Shown piece after piece: positions 25,549 to 37,060 of a DNA stretch of 64,000 nt. The stretch spans positions 18,662,001 to 18,726,000 of the forward strand of contig CM120641.1 of assembly GCA_051362555.1 (NCBI GenBank), read 5' to 3'. A program made the position numbers and the translations under genes. The notes beneath the pieces are model-generated. The model was not told the origin of the DNA. It made no database searches and saw nothing but the letters and a program-made list of their open reading frames with translations. This stretch comes from Lingula anatina (taxonomy: Eukaryota; Animalia; Brachiopoda). Position 1 is the first letter of the stretch; each line of letters opens with the position of its first letter.

Positions 25549-26240
25549 ATGTTACGAGAAGACAAGCCTAACGAAGAGCACTTTCTAGCCGATTTAAATG
25601 ACGTGGCTCAAGATTTTATCATCGGTTTTGACGGAGAGACGAACGTTGTGACCACCACCTCAGAGTGGCCCGTCTTCTCAACGGGAACGGACACATCAAC
25701 AGCGATCTCTCTCACAGAGACATGGGCCCCTGTGCCCAGCCAGCAACTTACAAGCCCTGGCAGCCTTGGTAGCCTTGGCAGCGCCACCTCTTATAGTGTC
25801 CCAGAGGATACACCATTCTTTCTAGACATTGGTAATTCAATTAAGAAAAGCTTCTCCTCGTCCGTGGATGGTGATGATGGAAGGAGTTCGGTCACCTTCT
25901 CCGACTCTGGGGACTATTCTAGAGATTCTTTATCAACCACCCCGGGCCCTTCCACTGCCTCAAATGCCACCCCTGGGGACATCGAAGATGCAGACATTTT
26001 TACATTTGACGATCTCGACCCAGCGTCCTTGGTAGCAGCTGTTGAAGGGGATATGACCCCCCTGTTAAAAGAGGAGCTCAAGTACACTATTCTCAGTAAA
26101 AGGCACTCAAAAGGACAGGCGGAGCCCAAGGTGGAATACAAACTACCAGAACCTGAACAGGTATTAACACAACTGTGAAAGACAATGTTACATAAGCCCC
26201 ATCCTATTCCCTTACTATTACTAACAAACAAGCAAACCAT

Positions 26241-26275
<35 letters not shown>

Positions 26276-27343
26276 TTATGTACATATTTGTGAATGAATG
26301 AAAATATTACTGTGACAAAGAGTCAGTAAAAAATCCTCATTTACCCTCCCTCCCCCACCCCCCCACCACCATAATCACCACCGCCTTCCCAAACCTACCC
26401 TCTGATACCTGTGTTATTGGATATTATTTGCTTTCATACACATCATGACATTGATACTGATAATTATTGTATAGTCAATCATTTGTAAATTTTGTGGTAC
26501 TATCACCGTGTTATCGCTGTTTTTACATTTTGAACCGTGCATTTGATGGTGCTGATTAGCAATCGCGTATTACACATTGATTTTATAACTACGTCAAACA
26601 GCAACAATAATAAACGATAAACTTTGACTTTGGAGTGATGTTAAGTTTTTTTCTACCGTTTTAAACATTGCTTTATCTTTTGCAGCTTACAGAGGCAGAC
26701 TTGGTTCGACGATCTAGGCGGAAAGAAAGCAACCGAAGAGCCGCCCAAAAATGTCGAAGAAAAAAGAAAGAAATGTCAGAACAGCTATTAGAGGTAAGTT
26801 TTTACTCTTAAATTAACTTATTCTCAGTGGATCGAGAAATGATCGAAGAGCTTGATGAAAATGTTGGATCATATCGTATAGTGGTATTTGATGATAATTT
26901 CAAACTCTGAAGAATGAGAAAATATAAAGAGTTCTATAAAATTTGATTTATTTGTTTATTTAATTTCAAGAGGTGTTAATGAGTTTGTATCCGATTTTGT
27001 ATCCAATTTGCTAATTTGCGGTTTTTAATCATACGTCATTAATCGGGTAGATAAAAAAGTGCATCGAAGTTAAACTAAAAAAAAATAGTTTTCATTTGTC
27101 AAATATTGATATATAAGGTTTTACTTTCTTGTTCTTTTTTACCCACTTGATATTTTAACTCACACTTTTGTTACAGTAAATAATACATTTATTTTAATCT
27201 TACAGCAAACAGAACAACTTGAATCCCAAAGAGATTCTTTGAAGAAGACGATCCAAGAACTAATAGACGAGAGAGATCTTTTATCGGATCTCTTCGACGC
27301 ACACAAAATCGCCTGCAGAAAAAGTGGTAGCGAAAGTTGTTGA
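25549..27343 (+). CDS. ATF3/JDP2/BATF-clade bZIP transcription factor, about 285 aa
   Basis: Exons 25549-26160, 26686-26793, 27206-27343, all phase 0. TPLLKEELKYTILSKR resembles ATF3 TPFVKEELRFAIQNK. Basic region RRSRRKESNRRAAQKCRRKKKE. Zipper QTEQLESQRDSLKKTIQELIDERDLLSDLFDAHKIAC ends in the HxxxC motif. Confidence 0.88.
26239..26277. repeat. (ATTT)n microsatellite
   Basis: Seen directly; intronic. Confidence 0.9.
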
Positions 27344-27726
27344 AGGTACTAGGCAAATATGAGAACTTTTCAGTCCTATTTTCTTTAGAAGGACCAAACT
27401 GTGGCCCTTTCTCACTGTTTATGCCCAAAAAAGGGTGGGCTAAAAACAAGCTTGCCTTTGCTTGTTGTTCGTAGTGATTCCGACTTGAAAGAAATGGCAT
27501 TGGACTAATATGGGCATGGGCTAATGCATTTCCACTACTGGATCTGCAGCGATTTGGAACACTGTTATTTAATTGGTTGTTTGCCACGCTGCAGTATCAG
27601 AAATGGACGCTTATTCGAACCTTAAAAGGCATTGTAATGGTTACTGCACCGGTAACATTGTTGGGAAATTGAGGCAAGCCTGGACTTAACCTTAGGCCTA
27701 TATAATATCAATCGATCAGCCTTACA

Positions 27727-27765
27727 CCATAAAAGGCGACGAATATGTTTCCTATCCATATAAGG
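27727..27765. promoter_or_regulatory. Pair of CArG boxes
   Basis: CCATAAAAGG (27727-27736) and CCATATAAGG (27756-27765), both perfect CC(A/T)6GG. Confidence 0.45.
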
Positions 27766-29557
27766 CCTCGAACCTTCTATCAATCTGGGTCGGTTTGAAC
27801 TCTTTAATCAGATCTGTTTTGTGTATTATAAAATGTCATCAGGTACTGTTAAAATGTGTCAAAGGTGTAGGGGCCAGTGATTGGTAACCCGTCTGCCCTA
27901 AGAACTGCCAGACAAAATTATCTTGATAAAATGCAGCGCTATCTTTTTAATTTTTCTCGATATCAAACAAGTGTGAAATTTGATTATATGTTAAACAGAA
28001 ATATATATATTTCTTTCAATTAATTTATGTAGTAGGTAACCCACTAAGGCTTAAAGTTAGGTCAGATGTGTTTGTTTCTTGTAAGTGGGTTTTCACAAGG
28101 TGCACGTGTACCTTGGAATGATTAAGCAATAATTTTGTTTACAAAATACGCGAGTGAGGGAATCTCCAGACGGGTTGGTCAACAGATATCACCTCATTTT
28201 CAAAGCCGGAACGAATAGAATGCTATTACTGAGCTACTTCAATTTCAGCCTCATATGGGTATGAATCATCACTGATCTAGTCTATAAGCTCGTATTTATA
28301 GAACTGGGTATCACCTACTGTCAAAAGGCTGCAATATTCTAATGTAAATATTATGTCTCGGTTGATAGGGGAGACGTGACGTATTTGCCGTAACTGGGTC
28401 GGGATCCTTGCGCCTGACTCTGAATCACCAGTTATTGCGACACCTGTAGGGCATTGGGTTCACGTGTCGCAAGCACGGGCATTAAACTTTACAAATCGTT
28501 AACTTACCATTGACCTATATTGAGTGTCCTTCAGTCTGATTTCATACTTTTATATTTTTATTTACTGGTCACAATTAAAGGCAGCATCATTGTGAGTGTA
28601 GAGAATTTCAAATGAAGTATGTTGGTATATCAGTGTAATATAGTTATGACTGCGCCTCATTGTAAATAGTGTACAGCAGCGCCAGATGAATGAGCGACGT
28701 GCGTGAATGGTGAATCTTAACAGAATACACGACCGATAGAGGAGTCTGAGTATATGGTGTACAGCATAACAGAATCAAGGTGTTCAATTTTTCATATTGA
28801 AGACATTTTGTTGTAATAAATGATGTATTTGTAATTCCGTGTTCTTGTTTTACATGGCGACAATCTATTTATTTATTGATGTGGCAGTGATGCATAAATA
28901 AAAGACGGTGTCACGTAGTATACTAAATTGCCTTAAAGTGTTAAAATTATCTTTTTTCCCTTTCAAATATCAAACAATTGTATTTGACCAGATCAGGTAA
29001 TTGTAGCATTAAAAAAAAAAAAAAAAAAAAAAGAGCAGGATTTTCTCACTCCTCATCGACCAGCTGTCTCTACGGAAATGGGCACGGCTTGTGTTTACTT
29101 TTTGAAATAGGGGCTTACGTGGAAAACGTATCCATTTATGATGGGAAGGTGTCCTTGTAATTATCACATGAATTCTGAGTAACCATCTAGGTATTGCAGC
29201 AACAGGTAGGGCAGTCAATCTCATACCACTCAGTAGTCCCCTGCCACCCTAAGATAGTCTTCATAACAGAGAGTACCTTGTATATGGTCAATTCTTTTAA
29301 AGCACATATCTGTTTTACCCCGAGTCAAGCATACATTACAAAGCATTCTGTCCCCAATTATATAACTGCCCAATGGCGGATTGAATTGGTGTACCGTGTA
29401 CAGCGAGGTCAGTTATCTCCATGCTTCGGTACTCGGATTGCTTTCAGCATTCATAATTAAGACCTGTGATTAATATATCGATCTTTATCAACAATGACGC
29501 ATGAAGCCTGCTAATCTACTAAAGTAACGAAGTGTAGGCCCTCTATCGTGCTTTTTG

Positions 29558-29590
<33 letters not shown>

Positions 29591-29925
29591 TAAATAACAA
29601 GCGCGATTTCCATCGTGGTGGATGTAATAAGCATTGCACCCTACCGTAGGATGCTTGTAGATTCAAAACTGTCTATGTCTCAAATTTTTGCCTTATAGTG
29701 CTGTTAGAGAACGGTTGTTTTAGATATATTCTGCTCAGTATTCGACTCACTGAATATTAAATCATTACAGTTAATACGTTGACAGGTCTTTCTGAATCAT
29801 AATCATGCAGTAATTATGTGACACTATAAGAGCTGGTTTGTCCGTTTCTGCTGTGCAATATTTTAGATGCCGCTGGTCTGACAGCAATTTATTATTTGCT
29901 TCTTGGCGACATTTGATAAGTCTTT

Positions 29926-29972
<47 letters not shown>
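29926..29972. repeat. (GT)n microsatellite
   Basis: Seen directly. Confidence 0.9.
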
Positions 29973-29974
<2 letters not shown>

Positions 29975-30227
29975 TGCATCGTTTCACACAAAGGACTGTA
30001 CATAAAAAACAAATGGTTTTTTGGAGTCGAATAAAAGTTGAATCAAAATCAGAATTGAAGCCTTTGTTTCATTTACTTGTAACATTTCGTTTAAAAAGCA
30101 TTTTAAGATTCCTTTTCCAGCCCTATATCAACTTCACCTGTTCCATTCATTTGAAACTATGTATGTAATCAAACGTGGTTTCCAAATAAATTTTACATAG
30201 GGCCTACTATTCGGACTAAACGTAACG

Positions 30228-30477
30228 CAGTGGCGGATTTAGGGGGCGGTGTCACTGGGATTCTGACCCCCCCCCCTTTCGATTTCTAAAAAATTGGACC
30301 AATGGTCCCCTCTTGAAATTAGAATTTTGATAAGCTGAATCATTGTTGTAAACCGTACCAAATGGCACCATTCGCTCTCTAAAAAACCGAAATTTTCGTC
30401 CCCCCCCCCCCACGCATCCGCGGCCTGTCATTCCTTAAAAACGGACCGCCCTTATAATAATCCTGGATCCGCCCCTG
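30228..30477. mobile_element. hAT-type MITE
   Basis: Imperfect TIRs CAGTGGCGGATTTAGG / CCTGGATCCGCCCCTG. Both flanks contain AAACGTA (imperfect TSD). Related end fragments occur near 5637 and 40388. Confidence 0.6.
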
Positions 30478-31326
30478 AAACGTATTGTAAAGTCTCGCCG
30501 TTATTGGCCTACAGACCTGATATATTATCGTTTTGCGATTCAATATAAATACAACATGTGCATGTGTTGCGTTGTTTTCAGCTATGAGCCGATAAATCAT
30601 ACCTGTGAGGCAGCCAAGTAGTCTATACGTTGTAGATTTTATATTATTTTCTTCATCTTGTTCTTCTTTGACTTTTTTGCAACTACTGACAGATATTCTA
30701 TTTAGTCCAGACCTTGTGCTTGTTCTTTTGTGTAAAGCAGATAGTTGGTGGACTTGGGCGGCAAAGAAAAGCCCAGTCAGTCAGATATGAATCGCCTCGC
30801 AAGGAAGATAGAAGTGTAAATCATATAAGGTCCATCATGCAGTATTTGAGGAATTAATAGAAATAAAAAATGACAATTATACATGTAAAATATTTCTTTA
30901 AAGGCAATTCATTTAAAAATACAAAACAAAATTAAATGGTATGATATAACAATTAATTGAAGTGATGTCGTTATTCTCTCAGATTTTGCTTTAAGCGGAG
31001 GACATATAAGCGTTATCATATTTTAATTAATCAAAGTTTATCACAAAACACGCTTAATTTAATGCAGATAAATTCTTTCCCTCCAAATTTTCAGATCATT
31101 GAAAGAAGTGGCTTTAAAATTTTCAGTGGCAAAAGTCCTAAACATCAAGAAATGTTAATAACTTCAGATTAGTTTATAAATACCTTCGTGCGCATAAAAG
31201 CGGATATTTATGGGATTCGAATATGAAGAAGCTATATATATATATATATATTCCATTTTTACCCTTCTAAATAATAATAGCAAGTGAAGAGCTATCACAG
31301 AGTTATCTAACACGATATTATTTGAG

Positions 31327-31552
31327 GCGCCCTCTTTTGGTCTATTCGTTTATGAAAATCCCCATACAGGCTATTTATAGCACGTTGACTCAGCCACAGC
31401 TGATCTTACACAACGTGTTCCTAAATGCGTGTTTGAGCCGATGTCATAGTTTTGTATCCTATAAAACATAAAACAGATAAAGTTGTGTGTTATAGGGATC
31501 CCTTCAGTTATTTATAAACTCCCCGTACATAAGACAGAAGTGTAACGAGCAG
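31327..31552 (+). promoter_or_regulatory. Promoter and possible short first exon of the third bZIP gene
   Basis: CTCF-like GCGCCCTCTTTTGG 31327-31340, TGACTCA 31386-31392, TATA-like TATAAA near 31460 and 31513, donor CAG|GTATAT at 31552/31553. Candidate acceptor at 31808. Confidence 0.45.
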
Positions 31553-31837
31553 GTATATGGTCCTCCAGGCAGTCATCAGTCTTTGTGGGGATATCGGCTT
31601 TTTGTTAGATTTTATAACCTCAGTGCCATGACGCTGTGCTTTTGAAACGTGCGGCTCGCATTTCGTCATACGAAGTTTCTAGAAAAGGACTACGCTCGCT
31701 GATAATTTTCATCATTACAAAGGAATCAGACGCATATCACAGGCACACGAGGACTCAATCTTTCGTTCGTACGACGGCCAGTGACAATTCTACTTTATAT
31801 TTTATTAGTGATTACCTCACATTTATCGATGTGTATC

Positions 31838-33491
31838 ATGGCAAGAGCAATTACATCACACGTTTCTGCTTTTAAGACATTTCATAGGGGCTCCGAGGAA
31901 ATACCTTATTACCCTCATATTAAGTGTGAACCAAACGCAGGGATGGAGCTTGCCCAAGTGGCTCTTTGGGCCATGTCAAGGGAAGAGGCTCAGCACGTTA
32001 GACCTGACAGCGAGCCCTCTAGCCCCACCGTTTGGCAAGGCGGTTGGCAGGATTTAGAGAGCTCTAATAACAGCCGAAGCTCGCATGATGTGAAGTCTGA
32101 AGAATATGATGAAGATGGAGAAGACAGTAAGTCGGAGTCCCTGGAATCTGCGGGGAATTCCGATGAAGAATGGAAGGTGAGTCGACAGAATTTAGACTGT
32201 CATCATTGCGTTAGATGTGCCTGCAGTTTTTTAAATTCACCGTCATTGGACACAAGTGCACATAAACAAGTTTGTTAAAGTCAACTTATTTTAAAGGTTA
32301 TAGATATGGGTGTTTTCGTTCAGTTTGAAAAGAATATATAATGTGCTTGTGCTACCTATGCGGAGCAGAGAATTAACTGTAGGCCTACTTTTGCAGGTCT
32401 GTGAATGACTAGTTAGGTATGCCTTAAACGAGGCACAAAAAACGCATTCAGCGAGCTCGCAGTCGTATTATAAACCGTGAAATGTACCGTAACATCACAA
32501 ATGCCGGTTTAATGTTAGTGCATACAATTTATTATTAATGTACATCTGACATGACCCTTACCATCGTAGAGGTGACTTTGAAGTGACCTTGGAAAGCGTC
32601 CCTTTCGACCGGGGCTCGGAAAATTGACTGATGCAATACCGTGTTCAAGTTGCGTATCACTGGGCATGCGCGGAGGGACAGCTAGTATGAAATTTGCCGA
32701 AGTATGGATATCCTCGCTTCGCATGTTGAGAAAAGGGGGTGCGTTGTGATTTTAAGGATAGGGCCTAATAAATGTTAGCTATACACACGAATATTGAAAA
32801 AAATTAAAGGGAGAGAGGAAAAATGAGGCTTAGGCCTACTCCCCCCCCCCCCCCCCCCACACACACACAACCTGTTGCATTTCTAAGCTGAAAAAATATA
32901 TAATTTAAGGAATATCATTAAAATTTTATCTTTTCTTCTTCTAGCCTACAACTGAAGATCGTCGTAAGCGACGCCGCGAACAGAACAAAATAGCTGCTAG
33001 GAAATGTAGGGAGAAAAAGAGAAAGCAAGCGCTGCAAACTAAAAAGGTAGGCCTAATAGCTACATCATCTCCTTGTCAATTAGCAAGTAAAACACACCCG
33101 AATTTTTTTGTTGTTGAGTTACAAATCCTTATATAAAAGTAATCTTGCTTGCCCTGTGAAGTCTAAAATGGAAAACAAACTAGATAAAGCGGTAGTTCTA
33201 GTGAAAATAATTATAAGAATATTATAATCATGACGAGTTCTAGGCCTACTTTTCATTTTCAAGGAAACTGAACAACTTGAATCAAGAAACGCTGAATTAC
33301 GAAGGAAGATCCGTGAACTAGAGAGCAAAAAGAAACTTTTATTGGAATTATGCTCCAGGAAGATGAAAACACAAATGAACTCACCAAAAAACTGTGGAGG
33401 CGACAATCGCAACTCGCAAACAACGATGCCAGTTAAAAACCCGTCCATGGATAGTTTCGTCTGTATGACGAACTTTGTGGAGCCGTTTTAA
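31838..33491 (+). CDS. Second ATF3/BATF-clade bZIP transcription factor, about 222 aa
   Basis: Exons 31838-32176, 32945-33046, 33264-33491, all phase 0. Basic region EDRRKRRREQNKIAARKCREKKRK. Zipper ETEQLESRNAELRRKIRELESKKKLL (compare ATF3 ESEKLESVNAELKAQIEEL and BATF ESEDLEKQNAALRKEIKQL). The start could instead be the in-frame ATG at 31829. Confidence 0.85.
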
Positions 33492-36400
33492 GTTAGAGGA
33501 CGAGATCCACCCGAGATCCCGTCCTCTTGAATCGGCAATTATTGTAAAACTCAGGGCCTTGCTGTTGGACAGTGAGAAAGATATGTACATAAAAATGTAA
33601 ATATTATATAATATATACTTGAAATGACAATAACGTCTGTAACGTGCAAGAGATGGCGCTGCAGATGTGAGTTGGAAAAAAAAACAAAACGAAAAAACAA
33701 AGGGTGCTTGATATGAGGATCGGGAAAATGTCGGTATACCTGTAAGGCCTGAGAAATCCTTATTATATGAACTACAATACGGTGAATCTCTGGTTGCTGT
33801 AACTGTGGCTTTCTTTATCTTACTGTACCACGGCTGGGCTGAAGGAACTTACGGAACAAAACGCTGTTACTGCATATGTAAAACCGGCTCGATAAAAAGG
33901 ATTTGAACATATGCTCGTTTTTACATTATTGTTTATGTCATATCTTAATTATGGTTTATAGCTATATGTCATTCCACTATATAAGTTAAATGAGATTTAT
34001 TCTGTTATACTTTGGTAGGGTATTGCAGTTCCTCGTAAAAATGTTAGTCATATAACACAGATACTGATAAAGTCAACAACTAGCCTCTGCTCAGATCACT
34101 CTGAGATTTTGCGATTAACATTTCTCAGAAGCATTTCTAAGGATCTCCTGATGGTGGAATTTAAATGTTATCCAATGGAGTGGTTAATGCGCAAAAGGTC
34201 ACCGTTTAGATTGATATACTCGGTTGTGTAATATGGTAATAACGATGTTTTAATTGCACAACTATAACCTACACAAAACCAGTGAGTGAAACGAGTGAAA
34301 TTCAGTTTCTGTTACCAGGTTGTTTTGTATCTGTTTTGTACTTAATATGTAAGTAAAGAGTTGGTTGTGATAACTGGACTTTTGTTTTTTATTCAATTTG
34401 AAATACTTAAACTAATCTGAATTGAATGGGTTAGAAGCTCTCAGTTTTTTCACTATATATATCTTAATCTCGATAGGTCCAACTTATCAGAGTGAACCAT
34501 ATATGATGTAATTGAGAATAATAAGGAGAGTACATAATGTGTCTTATATGTTTTATACTAACTCGAATGTTACCTATCTACAGAGACTGGGGGGATGATT
34601 CTGGATCTTCTAGGAGAGCCGCCTGTGCATATTATTATTATATCCAATATATTACACATAAAATTGGAAAACGGATCGGATACGAATTATTGTCACCGTT
34701 TCCTACCCTTATGATTACACCAAGAATGCATTACCATTCTTGATTATATATCAGTCATTCTTTGCTAGTGGTGCACTGCAGGGGGGCCATAACAAGAATG
34801 TTATTTAAATTTAGATAGCCAACCAAATTCTCATGACATCGTTGTGTATGTTTCAATAACAAATCAAAGAAGCTGCATGAGCAAGGAGGATGTTGTTATA
34901 AAAGCAAAAAAATAGAAAAAGCAGAAAATATATCGAAATAACCCTCAAAATGGCGTCCTTTTTTGTGGAATTTTGACCCTACCTCTATTTAAGAACAGTT
35001 TGTTTAGGGTTTGAATGGATTATTGAAGCAGGAAATACATCTACTGCAAGAAGATATAATAAACAGAATGTGCAAATTGTTATTTAAATAAAAATTTATT
35101 TGAAGTCACTGAAAAATGATCACAAAATTAGCTTAACTTACGATACATGCGGTGTCCCACCCCGATGAAAATTTCATCTAATCCTATCTTTCCGTATTAA
35201 AACTGTTCAATCGTCCAAAGTAGTATGTCGGTTAGTTTGTGTCACGAAGTCCATGATAATATCAGTTTTCTTAAGAATTTCACATTTATTGCTCAGCAAG
35301 GTCGATTTTTCTTCACCGCGTCCCAATATAACGTTCGCAACGCTGAAACTTCAGAGATCGATTTTTATCAGACGACTTTAAAATGCCGCGTGAAAATTAT
35401 ACATCGATAGCGATCTTCTTCCATACTCACTAACTGATGACGTCTTACACACGAATGGCTTCTTTTGCACACTAAAAAAACCAGCTCAAACTGGCGGGTG
35501 GCCCATTCTGATAACATATCACGCAATGACGCTGTCGAGATAGGATGCAGGGCACAGGTGTAATTCCCTCGATTTAACCGTCACAGGATTGTTTATTGGG
35601 ATCTTCTTTGTATGAAGGTGAGAAATAATGAGTTTCGTTTCATTTTTCTTCAATTGTTTCAACATATTTGTGTACCGATTGATTTTTACCATTCTATAAG
35701 TAGGGTGACTTCGTCTGAACTTTCGTTTTGCATCTGTTTCACATGGGGGACTAAAGGTCATATTGAACATGGTGACGCGGTGATACCGTATTCATGTTCT
35801 CTTGTTCTCGAAAACTCAATCATCGAAATTGAATTACTTTTTTTTAGTTTTGTCTTAAATTAAGCTGCTACACTGTATTCCGTGCGTTTAAAATTTAACC
35901 GTCTGTAAAAACAGCAATAATGGATTACTAGCAACACTTACGTTACGCAATGAAGCACCGAAAATGGGTGAAGAAAATGTGTCTCAGTAATGCGTGTTTG
36001 CCACTCATAATGCACTGTACTTTGTTTGAATAAGCAATAAACTATTTGTGATCTTAGGTTATCCATTGTTCGTTATCAGAGTTAACAGATTCTTTGTGTG
36101 ATTTTTTTTCAGAATCCCAAGAGTGGATGCCTTAGTGAGCACAGAACAGATATCACCATTGGTCTACATATGTCAGGAAGAATGTTATAATTATGAACTT
36201 TGTGTTACACTGAACTTCATTTTGTTAAATTTTGTATTTAACTGAACTTTATTGTGTTAAAATAATAATAAAAAAATACTAGTTCTGATAAAAAACTACA
36301 ATCTGGAACATTCTTTAGATCAACTTTGTTCAGTGTGTGTCCCATATGACAGAGTTACAGTAAATAAAATATGTGCATTATTCCTCTGTGTTTGTCAATT

Positions 36401-37060
36401 CCATTTTAAAAGCATGTGAAAGTGGTGTGCCCCTCATGAATGAAGTGTGTATGGATAATAGCAAAAATATTGTTATTATTTACATGATTATAAAAAGTTT
36501 TTGTACCCGCGTCAATAACGTTACCGTGACCCACATATTCACCATTTTTATTAATTATGAAATGTGGATTAAATTCTTCAAAACCAGTTTTGAAGCATTG
36601 AGACAACACCCCCTTATGATTTAAACTAAAACTGAAAACATTCCATTAGACTTTCATTAGTTTGTGCAAAATATATTACCCAGGGTAACGCGTCTTGGAT
36701 TTGGTGGGTATAGCTGTTCAACTCTCCTATGTGCCCTAAAAAGGGCAGCTGCTGTTTCCCTTTTTATGAAATGATAAACTGTGATGGTGTAGCTATCACA
36801 TCGCAAAATTACAGCTTCCCAGAGAAAGTTTGAAATTTTCGGTCAAATTCAACATTTTGTAACCACTAGCAAAGAATGACAGATATAGAAGTTTATTTGT
36901 ATGCGCAAGGAATGCCATCTAATTCCTCTTTGGTATATCGGGTATTTGCAAGTCATCTCCACTTTATCGAAAGGTCACTGACCTGCGGCCTAGTTAAGAA
37001 CTGAATGATTATAATATATCATTTCGTTCTAAGACTGATAAATGCCAATCTCTAGGAAGA

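Noticed and set aside
25914-26240. Antisense or overlapping ORFs on real exons (also 52294-52722, 8869-9123, 27189-27587, 33119-33448)
   Set aside because: Shadow frames of genuine coding exons, with no independent evidence.
27165-27179. Alternative acceptor TTTTGTTACAG for the last exon of gene 2
   Set aside because: It gives an immediate TAA and a zipper-less protein. The acceptor at 27205 restores the family-conserved zipper. A truncated isoform cannot be supported without RNA data.
34770-36250. Possible DNA-transposon remnant between gene 3 and lysA
   Set aside because: I could not define TIRs, a TSD or transposase motifs.
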